64,000 nt of DNA, from assembly GCF_964204645.1 (NCBI RefSeq), contig NC_134030.1, positions 22,342,210 to 22,406,209 of the forward strand, read 5' to 3'. The notes under the pieces were generated by a model. The model had not been told where the DNA came from, ran no database searches, and saw only the letters and a list, made by a program, of their open reading frames with translations. The first letter of the stretch is position 1. The number at the start of each line of letters is the position of its first letter. The stretch is from Tubulanus polymorphus. Lineage: Eukaryota; Animalia; Nemertea. A program made the position numbers and the translations under genes. Below are positions 61,960-64,000 of the stretch, piece after piece.

Positions 61960-64000
61960 AATACAGTTGTCTTATGAACCCCTATGGTTTAGATTTGAGC
62001 ACTTTTACCTTATATGAAGATGCTGAATTAGATACCTAATCAATTAGTTAATTGATAATGTCCTAGCTATAATTGAAATTGTCTCGGACAATATTTTATA
62101 TGGGGCTTGAAATTTCTACACGAGAAGAATTTCAGATCCGGTACGAATTTGAATTAATCACTATTTGAACTGCTGATTTTGCATCAGAGCTTTTGATACC
62201 TAGCTTAACTAACCCAGAATTCCCCAAAACATAACTGATTCAACAGATCCCACATACATGTGGCCCAGTTAGACGCAGACGTCTCATCCACTGTGCAATT
62301 TTGAATAAGTTTCACTTATATTCATTATATTGAATTGATTTTAATTGAATTCTAGGTATCTAAGCGAACCATTAATTAGTAATCATACTAGCTATATTTT
62401 AATTGTCAGTTGAACAATATTTATATGGAGCCTGAAAATCTACACGAGTAGAATTTCAGATGTGGTGAATTCGTCACTATTTGAATTCAGATAAAAAAGC
62501 ACATTTTTAGTGGTAAATTAGAAATTCCCTTAGCCGAATGGCTATATAATCTTTATTTCCCTTATATAGTACACTGTGTATAAGGACCAAAAGACCTTGT
62601 TATGACCGGACCTCCCTGGTGCGGTGCGAGTCATGATGCTAGAAAATAGTTTGAAGGAGAGGGGTTAGTAAAAGATAGCTATTAGCAAGAGGAATAAGAC
62701 CTAAGTTTAGGATATCCTGTCAGAATAAGGCTCTCAATCTGACATACACAGCGAAATTGAAATATTCCCCCTTCCAAATCCAGGATTGTATTTGTGCACA
62801 GATTTGTTTTATCTCCCTTCGATCGGAAGTAAATCTGCGTGAAATGATTTTGGCAATATGTATCAAAACTAATACAGCTCTATGAAGACACAATAGGTTC
62901 ACTTAGATACAGATAATTAAATGTGCTCAGATACACATGTATCAGCTACATTTTAAATGTCCATGGAATTAGAAATAATTTCACATAACAATTGAATTAA
63001 CCTTAATCGATCTAAGTAATACGTTAATGAGTAAATCATCTTAGATTCTAATTGTCAGTTAAACTATATGTAATATGCATCACTTGACACACAGTATGGC
63101 TTTTAGATATTAATTGAATCAGTTAGGTTAGAGTAAATTTTGGCAATATTGAAAAGCATGGCTAGTTGTCGTAAGCGCGGCAGTTGGCGTTACAGAACTG
63201 ATCAGTCAATGAGACTGATTCATTTATAGATGTGCTCAAATATATTATATATTTCAGCTATATTTCAATAAATATTTATGATATAAAAAGTTTTTGATCT
63301 AACATCAAATATTGAATTCATCTTAATTGTGAATATCTAAGCCATTTTTCCTGGCTGTATTTATGCTAATTGTCAGTCAAACAACAATTATCATGCGTCG
63401 CCCAAAAACAAGACGCAGTGTTTCAGGAATGAATTAAATCAATTAAAGCTTTGGTTTATTCTGGATTTGTCAAAGTGTTGAGACCAAATCACTGTTTCAT
63501 AAAGACCCGTAGTCCATAGTTTTCCCCATATAACACCAGACCTCAATAGAGCCCTAGACACTATCTTATGAAATTCATTACTGTTATGTGTGAGGCAGCA
63601 CACAGTATATATTGTAAAGTAAGGCCTCAATCTTTATAAATTTATCAATATATTATTTGTAAAGAAAAATCTATTAACCGACGATAAAGTTTAATTGATA
63701 TATCTTTAAGTAAAGCCAACCTTAATGTATATGGGGCCTTGAAATATCTACACCAGAAGAATTTCTCATCAAACATTACAAGATATTGAATGATTGCTTA
63801 TATCTAAGCGATTGGTTAATTATTAATTGTTCTATCTATATCTTGATTGTCAGTTAAACAATAGTCATACGAGGCCTGAAATGTCTACGGTACATTCGAA
63901 AAATTTCAAATGTCACATAAGATATTGAAATTACCTTAATTGTACGTACTTACAAAATCTTTTAATCAATAACAGACCAATCTACATTTTAATTATCAGA
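61960..64000. repeat. Old, highly diverged long-period tandem repeat
   Basis: Recurrent blocks attgtcagtt(g/a)aacaa and gaaat(a)tctacacgagaagaatttc at about 62080-62137, 62402-62461, 63051, 63370, 63730, 63847. Confidence 0.55.

Overview
Eukaryotic (metazoan, probably marine invertebrate) AT-rich, repeat-dense genomic DNA with spliceosomal genes, all on the minus strand. Walking GT-AG boundaries and codon phase by hand gives four genes. (1) A complete 11-exon Lunapark (LNPK) gene, 54229->48173, 383 aa. (2-4) A tandem cluster of three paralogous Ig-superfamily type-I membrane receptor genes that the ORF track shows only in fragments. Gene B (44188->38950, 595 aa) has a leader with a furin-type site, 1 Ig domain, a TM segment and a tail with 12 YxxM motifs, most in a 42-bp coding minisatellite. 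Gene A (31639->12740, about 565 aa) has 4 Ig-like domains, a TM segment, Cys-rich micro-exons and a C-terminal PDZ-binding-type motif. Gene C (3261->2310) shows only a leader and one Ig exon and probably continues past the window edge. Unusual structures: a 69-bp tandem array whose unit is a minimal hammerhead ribozyme (13113-13772); a second hammerhead inside a foldback near gene B; 82-bp arrays that multiply the splice acceptor of the first Ig exon in genes A and C; and a 1.3-kb foldback right behind the gene A stop codon. The rest is MITEs, a Helentron-like element, relics of Penelope GIY-YIG, LINE, Harbinger and Maverick-like elements, an orphan GPCR exon, and several satellites. All calls come from manual reading; no searches were run.
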